Below are positions 44,550 through 53,712 of a stretch of DNA of 64,000 nt, one piece after another. Origin of the DNA: Candidatus Latescibacterota bacterium (GTDB taxonomy: Bacteria > Latescibacterota > UBA2968 > UBA8231); assembly GCA_965203355.1 (NCBI GenBank), contig OZ241889.1, forward strand, positions 2,336,001 to 2,400,000, read 5' to 3'. The first letter of the stretch is position 1. Each line of letters opens with the position of its first letter. Both the position numbers and the translations under genes were made by a program. Under the pieces are notes generated by a model. The model did no database searches. It saw only the letters and a program-made list of their open reading frames with translations, and was not told the DNA's origin.

Positions 44550-44999
44550 ATGCGTCTAGAAAACATAAAATGCCCTCCGGGGTCTAAGCGGAATCGCAAG
44601 CGGTTGGGGCAAGGGCCGGGTTCGGGAACGGGCAAAACCGCAGGCAAAGGCCACAAAGGCCAGCGGGCTAGATCCGGTGCTAGGCGCGGCAACCGCATTG
44701 GGTTCACCGGCGGGACATTACCGCTGTATCGCCACATCCCCAAAGTGGGTTTTTCCAATCACAAATTCAAAACGACCTATCAGGTCGTCAATCTGCGGGA
44801 CCTCGAAGAGCGGGGATTCAGCGGGCCAGTCGGGCCAGAGCAAATGGCTACTGCCGGATTGATCGCCAAGCCATCGGGGCTACTGAAGGTCCTAGGCGAA
44901 GGGGAACTGAGTCAGCCTCTGACGGTCAAGGCGCACAAATTCTCCGCTGCGGCAGCAGAGAAGATCGCCAGAGCGGGCGGCCAAGCCGAGGTGATTTGA
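44550..44999 (+). CDS. rplO: 50S ribosomal protein L15
   Basis: GSGTGKTAGKGHKGQRARSG, KVLGEG. Confidence 0.98.
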   Translation: MRLENIKCPPGSKRNRKRLGQGPGSGTGKTAGKGHKGQRARSGARRGNRIGFTGGTLPLYRHIPKVGFSNHKFKTTYQVVNLRDLEERGFSGPVGPEQMATAGLIAKPSGLLKVLGEGELSQPLTVKAHKFSAAAAEKIARAGGQAEVI

Positions 45000-46342
45000 T
45001 GCGGTTGGTGCAGAGTTTCCAAAACTGCTTCAAAATTCCCGACTTGCGGCGGCGCATTCTCTTTACTGTAGGGCTTTTGGTCGTCTATCGCATCGGTGGT
45101 CAGATCACGGTCCCCGGCGTCGAGTTGGTCGTGCTCAAAGAGTACTTTGAAAGTGCCGGGAACACCCTCTTTGGGTTGTACGACATGTTTGTGGGCGGTG
45201 CTTTCACCCGTGGGACAATATTCGCGCTGGGCATCATGCCCTATATTAGTGCCTCAATCATTTTGCAGTTGCTAGGCGCGGTTATTCCCTACTTCCAGAA
45301 ATTGCAGCGCGAAGGCGAAGAGGGGCGCAAAAAAATTACTCAGTACACGCGCTACGGTACGGTTTTTCTAGCGGCCGCTCAATCCTATGGCGTCAGTTTT
45401 TTTATTACCAACATCAAGGCCCCGTACTCGGGCCAGCCGGCTGTTGCCGACCCAGGTATTGGCTTTACGCTAGCGACTATGCTGACGATCACTACTGGCA
45501 CGATCTTTATCATGTGGTTGGGCGAGCAGATCACAGAACGCGGTATTGGCAACGGCATTTCCCTGATCATCTTCATCGGCATCGTCGCCGAATTGCCTTA
45601 CGCGATCGGTCAGGAATACAATCTCTTTATCATCAATCGCGGTTTCAGTAAGAATATCATTGAAGAGATCTTCCTCGTCGCGCTCATGTTTGCCGTAGTG
45701 GCCTTTGTGATCTTGCTGACTCAGGGGCTGCGCAAAATTCCCGTTCAGTACGCCAAGCGCGTCGTCGGGCGTCGGGTTTACGGTGGCCAGACCACGCACA
45801 TTCCCTTGCGGATCAACACCGCGGGCGTGATTCCGATCATATTTGCCCAGTCGATTATGTTTCTACCCGGCACGATCACGCAGATGTTTCCAGGCCACGA
45901 GTTCATGCTGGCGATAGGTTCGTTTTTCTCGACCGAACACCTGTTTTATTGGTTCGTTTATGGGTTGATGATAATCTTCTTTGCGTATTTTTATACGGCC
46001 ATCGTCATGGATCCCAACCAGCTTGCGGACAACATGAAAAAGCACGGGGGATTCATCCCGGGCGTCCGTCCCGGTCCCCGGACTGCCCAGCACATTGATG
46101 GCATTATGACGCGCATTACCCTGCCAGGCTCTATCGCCCTCGCTATGGTAGCCATTTTTCCTTTCTTCGTCACCAAGCAATTCAACGTGGCTCCTTCTTT
46201 TGCCCAGTTTTTTGGTGGGACAGGGCTTTTAATTGTCGTTGGCGTAGCTTTAGATACCTTGCAGCAGTTAGAGTCCCAGCTAATGACGCGCCACTACGAA
46301 GGATTTATGAAGCGCGGCAAGATTCAGGGACGCCGCGGCTAA
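44996..46342 (+). CDS. secY: Preprotein translocase SecY
   Basis: IFALGIMPYISASII, GIGNGISLIIF, FIPGVRPG, GGTGLLIVVGV. Confidence 0.99.
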   Translation: MMRLVQSFQNCFKIPDLRRRILFTVGLLVVYRIGGQITVPGVELVVLKEYFESAGNTLFGLYDMFVGGAFTRGTIFALGIMPYISASIILQLLGAVIPYFQKLQREGEEGRKKITQYTRYGTVFLAAAQSYGVSFFITNIKAPYSGQPAVADPGIGFTLATMLTITTGTIFIMWLGEQITERGIGNGISLIIFIGIVAELPYAIGQEYNLFIINRGFSKNIIEEIFLVALMFAVVAFVILLTQGLRKIPVQYAKRVVGRRVYGGQTTHIPLRINTAGVIPIIFAQSIMFLPGTITQMFPGHEFMLAIGSFFSTEHLFYWFVYGLMIIFFAYFYTAIVMDPNQLADNMKKHGGFIPGVRPGPRTAQHIDGIMTRITLPGSIALAMVAIFPFFVTKQFNVAPSFAQFFGGTGLLIVVGVALDTLQQLESQLMTRHYEGFMKRGKIQGRRG

Positions 46343-46363
46343 ACCTCACTTGGAGCGAGAACC

Positions 46364-46480
46364 GTGAAAGTTAGAGCATCTGTCAGCAAGCGCTGTAACG
46401 AGTGTAAAATCGTCCGTCGGCATGGGGTCGTGCGCGTTATATGCAAGCGCAATCCCCGCCACAAACAGAAACAAGGCTGA
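46364..46480 (+). CDS. rpmJ: 50S ribosomal protein L36 (not in the ORF track)
   Basis: [38 protein letters not shown]. Confidence 0.97.
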   Translation: MKVRASVSKRCNECKIVRRHGVVRVICKRNPRHKQKQG

Positions 46481-46491
46481 GGAACAACATA

Positions 46492-46872
46492 ATGGCGCGC
46501 ATAGCAGGTGTAGATTTACCCCGCGACAAGCGGGTCGCCATTGCATTGACTTATATCTTTGGCATTGGACACACAACGGCCAGTCGCATTGCCTCGCAGG
46601 CGAGGATTGAGCCCCAGACTCGCATCAGCGAGTTGAGCGAAGATCAGGTCAGCAGTTTGCGCTCGATCATTGAGGTCAGCCACAAGGTCGAAGGTAGTCT
46701 GCGCGGCGAAACTACTATGAATATCAAGCGGCTGATGGACATCGGCTGCTATCGGGGTTTGCGGCACCGTCGCGGACTGCCGGCCAATGGTCAGCGCACT
46801 AAGACCAACGCCCGTACGCGCAAAGGGCCGCGGCGAGCTATTGCTGGCAAGAAAAAGGCCCCCGTCAAATAG
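46492..46872 (+). CDS. rpsM: 30S ribosomal protein S13
   Basis: [29 protein letters not shown]. Confidence 0.99.
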   Translation: MARIAGVDLPRDKRVAIALTYIFGIGHTTASRIASQARIEPQTRISELSEDQVSSLRSIIEVSHKVEGSLRGETTMNIKRLMDIGCYRGLRHRRGLPANGQRTKTNARTRKGPRRAIAGKKKAPVK

Positions 46873-46899
46873 ATCAACCCAAACGGAGAGGATTGACCT

Positions 46900-47289
46900 G
46901 TGCCGCCCGAAAGACGCAAGAAACGCAAGAAAGCAAAACAGGTAGAGGCTGTGGGCATGGCTCACATTCTAGCCACGTTCAACAATACGATTATCACGCT
47001 TACCGATACTAGGGGCAATGTGATTTCTTGGGCGACCCCAGGGAAAATGAGCATCAAGGGCAGTCGCAAATCTACGCCCTTTGCTGGCCAGCTCGCCGCT
47101 GAAAGAGCCGCTCAAGAAGCCATGAATATGGGATTGCGCCGCGTGGAGGTGTGGGTCAAGGGGCCGGGAGTAGGGCGCGAGTCCGCCATCCGCGCTTTGC
47201 AAAACGCCGGGCTCGAGATTTCCGCCATCCGCGACGTGACGCCCATGCCGCACAACGGCTGTCGGCCACCCAAGCGTCGCCGCGTTTAG
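46900..47289 (+). CDS. rpsK: 30S ribosomal protein S11
   Basis: [25 protein letters not shown]. Confidence 0.99.
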   Translation: MPPERRKKRKKAKQVEAVGMAHILATFNNTIITLTDTRGNVISWATPGKMSIKGSRKSTPFAGQLAAERAAQEAMNMGLRRVEVWVKGPGVGRESAIRALQNAGLEISAIRDVTPMPHNGCRPPKRRRV

Positions 47290-47305
47290 AGGAGCTAACC
47301 ACGTT

Positions 47306-47932
47306 ATGAGCAGGCATACAGGTCCAAACTGTCGCTTCTGCCGCCGGGAAGGAGCCAAACTCTTCCTCAAAGGCGAGCGCTGCAATCTCGAGAAATGCTC
47401 CTTTGAGCGGCGTAGCTATGCCCCGGGCCAACACGGTCAGGGCTTGCGGCGCAAGCAGTCTGACTACAGTGTGCAGCTACGGGCCAAGCAAAAACTTTCT
47501 CGGCTCTACGGAATCCGCGAAAGCCAGTTCAGGGGCTATTACAAGGAGGCGTCGCGCGTGCCGGGTGTCAGTGGCGAAAACCTATTGCGTCTGTTAGAGC
47601 GTCGCCTCGACAACATTGTCTATCGGCTCGGTTTCGCGCCGTCGCGTAAGGCTGCACGCCAGTTGGTGCGCCACAACCATATCGTGGTAAACGGCAAACG
47701 GGTTAATATCCCTTCCTACCTGACCCGGATGGGCGATGTGGTACAGGTCGCCGAGCGAAGTCGCCCGCTAGAGGCTATTCACGAATCGCTGCGGCGCTCG
47801 CGGGAGATTGTGCCTTGGTTGGCCATAGATAAGGTCAACCTGACTGGGACTGTAGCGGAGATTCCCAGCCGCGAAGACATTCCCACAGTCGCCGAAGAAC
47901 AACTGGTCATCGAATTTTATTCTCGCGTCTAA
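47306..47932 (+). CDS. rpsD: 30S ribosomal protein S4
   Basis: CRFCRREG, PGQHG, LERRLDN, EFYSR. Confidence 0.99.
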   Translation: MSRHTGPNCRFCRREGAKLFLKGERCNLEKCSFERRSYAPGQHGQGLRRKQSDYSVQLRAKQKLSRLYGIRESQFRGYYKEASRVPGVSGENLLRLLERRLDNIVYRLGFAPSRKAARQLVRHNHIVVNGKRVNIPSYLTRMGDVVQVAERSRPLEAIHESLRRSREIVPWLAIDKVNLTGTVAEIPSREDIPTVAEEQLVIEFYSRV

Positions 47933-47975
47933 AGATTTACTCCGCCCAATCCATCAAGGGGTAAGAGGCTAACAT

Positions 47976-48995
47976 ATGAAATTAGAAGGTCTCCAGATGC
48001 CGAGGCTGGCCGAGGTTGAAAAAGAAAGCCTCAGCGAGACGTATGGCATGTTTGTCGTCCAACCGCTCGAGCGCGGTTTTGGCGTTTCTATAGGGCACGC
48101 ACTGCGTCGCGTCTTGTTGTCTTTTATCCAAGGGGCGGCGATCAAGCAAGTCAATATCCAAGGCGTACATCACGAGTTTTCCACGATTGAAGGGGTGCGC
48201 GAGGATGTGCCGGAGATCGTGCGCAACTTCAAAGAAGTGGCACTTCGCTATAATGGCGAAGAGGACCGCGTCTTGCGCGTCGAGCGCACGACAGAAGGAG
48301 CCTTGGTGGCCAAGGACTTAGAAGTGGACCCCAGTGTCGAGGTTTTGAATCCCGACCTACATATTGCCACCTTGGATAAAGGGGCTTCTCTGAAAATGGA
48401 ACTGACGGTTGGCTGTGGTCGTGGCTACCGGTTCGCTGAGGAAAACAAAATTCCCGAGCAGCCCATTGGTGCTATTCCTCTCGACGCGAACTTTTCGCCG
48501 GTTCTCAAGGTCCACTACGACATCGAGAACGCCCGTGTTGGGCGGCGCACCGACTACGACAAGTTGATTATGGAAGTCTGGACCGATGGCTCCGTGCTTC
48601 CCGAGGATGCCATGTCCCAAGCCGCCCAAATCCTGACTAAACACCTAAACCTTTTTGTCAATAATTTTACAGAAGGGCCCGAAGGCACTGAGGAAAAGGA
48701 AGTTGACGAAGAGGCCAAGAAGATCGCTCAACTTTTGCAAACACCCATCGAAGAGATTGAGTTGACGGTGCGGTCGGCCAACTGCCTCAAAGTCGCAGGG
48801 ATTACCCACCTCAAGGATTTGGTGTCGCGCACGGAGGCCGAGATGTTGCAGTATCGCAACTTCGGCCGCAAATCGCTTGATGAGTTGCAGAAAATACTCG
48901 AGGAAAACAATCTTAGCTGGGGTATGGACCTGACTCCGTACGACGGCATTGAGATCGACCAAACAGCGGACAATCCGCTGGCGGAAGAATTCTAG
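47976..48995 (+). CDS. rpoA: RNA polymerase alpha subunit
   Basis: [30 protein letters not shown]. Confidence 0.99.
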   Translation: MKLEGLQMPRLAEVEKESLSETYGMFVVQPLERGFGVSIGHALRRVLLSFIQGAAIKQVNIQGVHHEFSTIEGVREDVPEIVRNFKEVALRYNGEEDRVLRVERTTEGALVAKDLEVDPSVEVLNPDLHIATLDKGASLKMELTVGCGRGYRFAEENKIPEQPIGAIPLDANFSPVLKVHYDIENARVGRRTDYDKLIMEVWTDGSVLPEDAMSQAAQILTKHLNLFVNNFTEGPEGTEEKEVDEEAKKIAQLLQTPIEEIELTVRSANCLKVAGITHLKDLVSRTEAEMLQYRNFGRKSLDELQKILEENNLSWGMDLTPYDGIEIDQTADNPLAEEF

Positions 48996-48997
48996 CC

Positions 48998-49393
48998 ATG
49001 AGACACGGAAAAAAAATAGCCAAACTGGGGCGCACGGCTCCGCATCGCAAAGCCATGTTGTCCAACATGATGGCCTCGCTTTTTATCAACGAACGCATCA
49101 CCACCACTCAGACGCGTGCCAAGGAACTCAAGCGCACGGCCGAGCGGATGCTGACTTGCGCCAAGAAAGGCGACTTGCACGCCCGTCGCCAAGTGTTGCG
49201 CGTTATAGCCGATAAGCAGGTGGTCGCCAAGCTGTTTGACGAACTAGGCCCGCGCTACAAAAGCCGCAGCGGAGGCTATACGCGCCTGATCAAGTTGGGG
49301 CCGCGTCGCGGCGACGGGGCGTTTATGAGCATAGTCGAGCTCGTAGATCGCCCGGGGGCAGCCGCAGAAGAAACTCAGGAGGCCGAAGAATAA
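48998..49393 (+). CDS. rplQ: 50S ribosomal protein L17
   Basis: MRHG..KLGR, GGYTR, RRGD. Confidence 0.99.
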   Translation: MRHGKKIAKLGRTAPHRKAMLSNMMASLFINERITTTQTRAKELKRTAERMLTCAKKGDLHARRQVLRVIADKQVVAKLFDELGPRYKSRSGGYTRLIKLGPRRGDGAFMSIVELVDRPGAAAEETQEAEE

Positions 49394-49415
49394 GGTGGGC
49401 GTCCAAAGCAGTAGC

Positions 49416-49456
49416 GACGGGGCAAGATGATAACCATCTTGTCCCGTTTGCATTTT
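49416..49456 (+). terminator. Hairpin, probable terminator after rplQ
   Basis: GACGGGGCAAGATG-ATAAC-CATCTTGTCCCGTT followed by TGCATTTT. Confidence 0.65.
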
Positions 49457-49469
49457 AGATAGAGATCAT

Positions 49470-50828
49470 GTGAAAAGAGGAGATCGCATCGAGGTCGAGA
49501 TCGCTGCGCTCACCACCAAGGGCGACGGGATGGCTTATGTCGGGCACCGCGAGGTCGTCGTGCGTCAGTCTGTTCCTGGAGACCGGGTCTCCGCCCGGAT
49601 CGTCAAGAAGCGCAAGGGACGTTTCGAGGCCGAGATAGAAGAGTTCCTTACAGAAGGCTACAAACGCGAGGCGCCTCGCTGCGCTCATTTTGGACATTGC
49701 GGTGGCTGTCGCTGGCAGGAATTGCCGTACGCGGCTCAGCTTGTCGTCAAGGAGCAGATGGTCGCTAGCGCATTGGCGACGAGCGGACTAATGCTGCCGG
49801 TCGCCGCACCGATTTTGCCCAGTCCGACTCCCTTTTTCTACCGCAACAAGATGGAATTTTCCTTTGGTACGGATCGCACGGGCTTGCTGCAACTGGGCTT
49901 GCACGTACGCGGGCGTTTCAATTGGATCTTCGACGTCGAAGAGTGCCATCTACAGTCTGACATTTCCAACCGCATCGTCGGAGCGGTCCGTCGCATCAGC
50001 CAAGCGTTGGGCCTGAGCGCGTACGACCTAAAACGGCACCAAGGACTGCTGCGCTTCTTGGTCGTCCGCGAGGGCAAGCGGAGCGGAGAAGTAATGGTCA
50101 ACCTCGTCGTGTCCGCGTATCCCGACCGAGGCGTCCAACAACTCGCCGAGCAGTTATTGGATGCTGTATCTGAAATTGATGTTTTGCTCGTCACCTTACA
50201 TACCGGCAAGGCCCAAGTCGCAGCCGGAGAGCGCGAATTTGTGCTCGAGGGAAGCGGGCGCATCACCGAAGTGTGCGCTGGTCTCGAATTCGACATTTCT
50301 CCCCAGTCCTTTTTTCAGACGAACACACTGCAAGCCGAGCGACTCTATGAGGTCATAGCCCGCGTGGCTGGGCCGCAAAAAGCGGTGTTGGACTTGTACT
50401 GCGGCACCGGCAGCATCAGCCTGCTGTTGGCGCGCCAGTCTCAGTTTGTGTTGGGCATTGAAGTGGTCGCTGAAGCAGTCGAGGACGCTGGGCGCAATGC
50501 CGTGCGCAATCAGATAGGACACTGCGAGTTCGCGGTCGGCGCAGCCGAGGACATACTGGGGGAATTGGCGGTACAAGGCCAGCATTTTGATCTGGCTGTC
50601 GTCGATCCCCCGCGCCCTGGAATCCACAAAAAGGCACTGGCTGGTCTATGCGCGTTGGCACCGCCGCGCATTATTTACGTCTCCTGTAACGTCCATGCGC
50701 TAGCCGGTGATTTGCGCACCTTGGGCCAAGCTGGCTATGGTGTTCGCAGCGTACAGCCCGTAGATATGTTTCCCCAAACGCCGCACTGCGAAGTGGTCGT
50801 CGAGTTGTGCAGGCAGGTCGCCCCGTGA
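49470..50828 (+). CDS. rlmD: 23S rRNA m5U methyltransferase RlmD/RumA
   Basis: TRAM domain, CAHFGHCGGC, FFQTN, DLYCGTG, DPPR, YVSCN, DMFPQTPHCE. Confidence 0.95.
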   Translation: MKRGDRIEVEIAALTTKGDGMAYVGHREVVVRQSVPGDRVSARIVKKRKGRFEAEIEEFLTEGYKREAPRCAHFGHCGGCRWQELPYAAQLVVKEQMVASALATSGLMLPVAAPILPSPTPFFYRNKMEFSFGTDRTGLLQLGLHVRGRFNWIFDVEECHLQSDISNRIVGAVRRISQALGLSAYDLKRHQGLLRFLVVREGKRSGEVMVNLVVSAYPDRGVQQLAEQLLDAVSEIDVLLVTLHTGKAQVAAGEREFVLEGSGRITEVCAGLEFDISPQSFFQTNTLQAERLYEVIARVAGPQKAVLDLYCGTGSISLLLARQSQFVLGIEVVAEAVEDAGRNAVRNQIGHCEFAVGAAEDILGELAVQGQHFDLAVVDPPRPGIHKKALAGLCALAPPRIIYVSCNVHALAGDLRTLGQAGYGVRSVQPVDMFPQTPHCEVVVELCRQVAP

Positions 50829-52195
50829 GTGAGAAACGCCATACGCAGCCACGGCTCTTGGTCGTGTTGCCCGAATCCCAACAGGCCCGGGCCCTGATTT
50901 TCTATCTAGAACAACAGGCGTACGAAGTGCTCTGGGCGCACGAGGGGCAGAGCGCGTACGACATTCTCGACGCCGACGCGGTTGATGCGCTGATTTACGC
51001 CTTGCGCGAGAAGCGCATCAATGGGTTGCGGATTCAGCAACTAGCCCACAAGCGCAATCCGGCCATCTGCGCGATTGCCATCGCCGGTCCCGAAGACATT
51101 GAGTTGGGGGTTGAAGCGATGCGCCAAGGGGCCTACGACTTTCAACTCCAGCCGCTGAATTTTGCCAAGGTCGGCGCGGTGTTGGAAAAGGGCCTGCGCT
51201 ACCAACAGCTAGTGGGGGAAGTCTCTGATCTACAACGCCGTTTGGACGAGCGCTACCGCTTTGACGACATCGCCCGCCGCTCGTCGCCGTGGCAGCGCAT
51301 TTACCTCCAGATCGAACAGGTGGCTCAATCGCGGACGAGCGTTTTGATCGCTGGCGAGACCGGCACGGGCAAGGGCGAGGTGGCAAAGGCCATCCACCAA
51401 TGGAGTCGGCGGCGGGAAAACGCCTTTGTCGAAATAAACTGCGGCGCCCTGCCGGAGAGCTTGGTCGAAAACGAGCTTTTTGGCCACGAGAAGGGAGCCT
51501 ATACCGGAGCTGTAGCCGCGCGCAAGGGCCGCTTTGAACTGGCCGATCAAGGCACCTTGTTTCTCGACGAAGTCGGGGACATTTCCCCGCCGACGCAAGT
51601 AAAGCTCCTGAGAGTGATTCAGGACGGCTGCTTTGAGCGGATCGGCGGCACCCAGACCCGGCGGGTCGATGTGCGCCTGATCGCGGCGACACACCGCGAT
51701 CTAGAAGCCATGGTGCAGGAAGGCACCTTCCGGGCCGATCTCTTCTATCGGCTCAACGTGATCAAGATCGAAGTGCCGCCCTTGCGCGAGTGCCGCGAGG
51801 ACATACCCATTCTGGCCGACGCGTTTATCCGGCAGTTCGCCGCCGAGAACAGCAAGCGTATCGAGGGCATCCGGCCGCGTGCTTTAGACGTGTTGCGCGA
51901 CTACGACTGGCCGGGCAATGTGCGGGAGTTAAAAAACTGCATCGAAGGCATGGTCGTCATGAGTGCCCATGAAGGCGTACTCGAAGTTGGGGACATCCCG
52001 CGCTACATAAACCGCCAAGAGCGCGTTTTCCCCGGATTGGATTTTCGCGTCGGCATGAGTATGGCCGAGATCGAACAGAGGGCCATTGCCGAGACGCTGA
52101 AGGCCGTTGGCCACGACCGGCGGCGGGCGGCCGAGATCCTGCAAATCGGCCTCAGTACGCTCTACCGCAAGGTAAAACAGTACGGTGGGATTTAG
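50825..52195 (+). CDS. sigma54-dependent activator (NtrC/AtoC-like) with degenerate receiver domain
   Basis: GETGTGK, ELFGHEKGAYTGA, FLDEVG, WPGNVREL, Fis-type HTH; GTGA overlap with rlmD. Confidence 0.92.
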   Translation: MSEKRHTQPRLLVVLPESQQARALIFYLEQQAYEVLWAHEGQSAYDILDADAVDALIYALREKRINGLRIQQLAHKRNPAICAIAIAGPEDIELGVEAMRQGAYDFQLQPLNFAKVGAVLEKGLRYQQLVGEVSDLQRRLDERYRFDDIARRSSPWQRIYLQIEQVAQSRTSVLIAGETGTGKGEVAKAIHQWSRRRENAFVEINCGALPESLVENELFGHEKGAYTGAVAARKGRFELADQGTLFLDEVGDISPPTQVKLLRVIQDGCFERIGGTQTRRVDVRLIAATHRDLEAMVQEGTFRADLFYRLNVIKIEVPPLRECREDIPILADAFIRQFAAENSKRIEGIRPRALDVLRDYDWPGNVRELKNCIEGMVVMSAHEGVLEVGDIPRYINRQERVFPGLDFRVGMSMAEIEQRAIAETLKAVGHDRRRAAEILQIGLSTLYRKVKQYGGI

Positions 52196-53691
52196 CGGCG
52201 TTGATTGTAGTAGTATTTGACGAGCGAGTTGAGTGCCTCTTGGGGAGCGGTAACCACGTCCGCGTCAATGCAGAACTGGTTCAACCCAGCCAGCTTGAGG
52301 CCATGCCCGTAGTCGCTGAACATTTCTTCGCACAATTCGCCGGGTGCCATGTTCCGCGTGCTGGCTAGGGCCTCAAGCTGCGCGGAGGCTTCTGGCGTGA
52401 TCTCCAAGGCGATGTCGTGTTCGCGTTGAAAGCTGTCGAGAAAGCGGCTCAGCGAAGTATCTTGGAGCAAGCGTTCCAGACCAGCCGCCGGGTCGAGGAC
52501 GGTATCGGCCCCAACGGCAAAGTGCTCGACGCCAACGGAAGGGAGCTTCTTTTCGTAATTGAGCAACACCTTTTCAATGGCGCTGACCAAGCCTCGGGCA
52601 CCAATGTGCTCGGCGTGGGCACGCTCGGCTAACAGAGCGAGGGCCTCATCGGCAAATTCGACCTCAATGCCATAGGCGCGGAAGTCGCGCTTCTTGGACA
52701 GGACGACGCTGCTTTTTGGGTTGCGGAGAATTTCGAGGAGATCTTCCGGGCCGAGGTCGTGTAGCACGGCGATGACCGGTAAACGCCCAATGAACTCGGA
52801 CTCGAATCCGTATTTGATCAGGTCCTCGGCCCGCACGTGGGACAGGAGCTGATCGTCATTGATCTGGGCTTGATCGGCTTGGGAGCGGAACCCTATGGCG
52901 CCTTTGTTGAGCCGACGGCCAATGATTTCGTCCAGCCCGGAAAAGGCCCCGCTGACGATAAAGAGGATGTTGCGCGTGTTGATCTTCTGGCGTTCGATTT
53001 TGCCCGTCTGCTGCATCTGGATGACGGATTCCATTTGCGAGGCAATGTCGTGCGGGGCCTTGAGGTCGACGTCGGTTTCCTCCATCAGCTTGAGCAGGTT
53101 GCGCTGGACGCCCGAGCGCGACACATCCGGGCCGTGTACTCCCTGCGCGGAGGCGATTTTGTCGATTTCGTCGATGTATATGATGCCGTACTGAGCGCGT
53201 TCGATGTCGCCGTTGGCCTCGCGGACTAGGTCGCGGACCAAGTCTTCGACATCGCCGCCGACATAGCCGGTTTCGCTGAATTTGGTGGCGTCGCCCTTGA
53301 CGAAAGGGACGCCGATTTTGCGGGCGATGAGGCGGATTAAATAGGTTTTGCCCACACCGGTAGGGCCGACCATCAGCACGTTGTTCTTGATGTTGCCGAC
53401 GAATCCCTCGTCTTCTTCCGGGGGCAGTTTTAGGCGGTTGAAGTGCGTGCAGATCTTGGTGGCGAGAATGGCCTTGGCTTCTTGCTGCTTGATGACGTAC
53501 TGATCGAGATAGGCCTCTAATTCTTCCGGTTTGAGGTCGAAGTGGATGGCCTCAGACTCGGTGATCTGCGTACCTTCGCCTTGGGTGGAGGATGCTTCGG
53601 GCTGGGCTTGCTCTTGTTCTTTGATTTGTCTAGCTAGGAGACGACGCAGTTTTTCTGGATCGATCTCCACTTTTTCAGCACGCGGTTTCAT
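52192..53691 (-). CDS. clpX: ClpX-like AAA+ unfoldase lacking the N-terminal Zn domain
   Basis: GPTGVGKT, GYVG, IDEIDK, IGF loop, EFIGRLP, GARGL. Confidence 0.8.
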   Translation of the reverse strand: MKPRAEKVEIDPEKLRRLLARQIKEQEQAQPEASSTQGEGTQITESEAIHFDLKPEELEAYLDQYVIKQQEAKAILATKICTHFNRLKLPPEEDEGFVGNIKNNVLMVGPTGVGKTYLIRLIARKIGVPFVKGDATKFSETGYVGGDVEDLVRDLVREANGDIERAQYGIIYIDEIDKIASAQGVHGPDVSRSGVQRNLLKLMEETDVDLKAPHDIASQMESVIQMQQTGKIERQKINTRNILFIVSGAFSGLDEIIGRRLNKGAIGFRSQADQAQINDDQLLSHVRAEDLIKYGFESEFIGRLPVIAVLHDLGPEDLLEILRNPKSSVVLSKKRDFRAYGIEVEFADEALALLAERAHAEHIGARGLVSAIEKVLLNYEKKLPSVGVEHFAVGADTVLDPAAGLERLLQDTSLSRFLDSFQREHDIALEITPEASAQLEALASTRNMAPGELCEEMFSDYGHGLKLAGLNQFCIDADVVTAPQEALNSLVKYYYNQRR

Positions 53692-53712
53692 ATATTAACC
53701 TTATAGGAAAGG

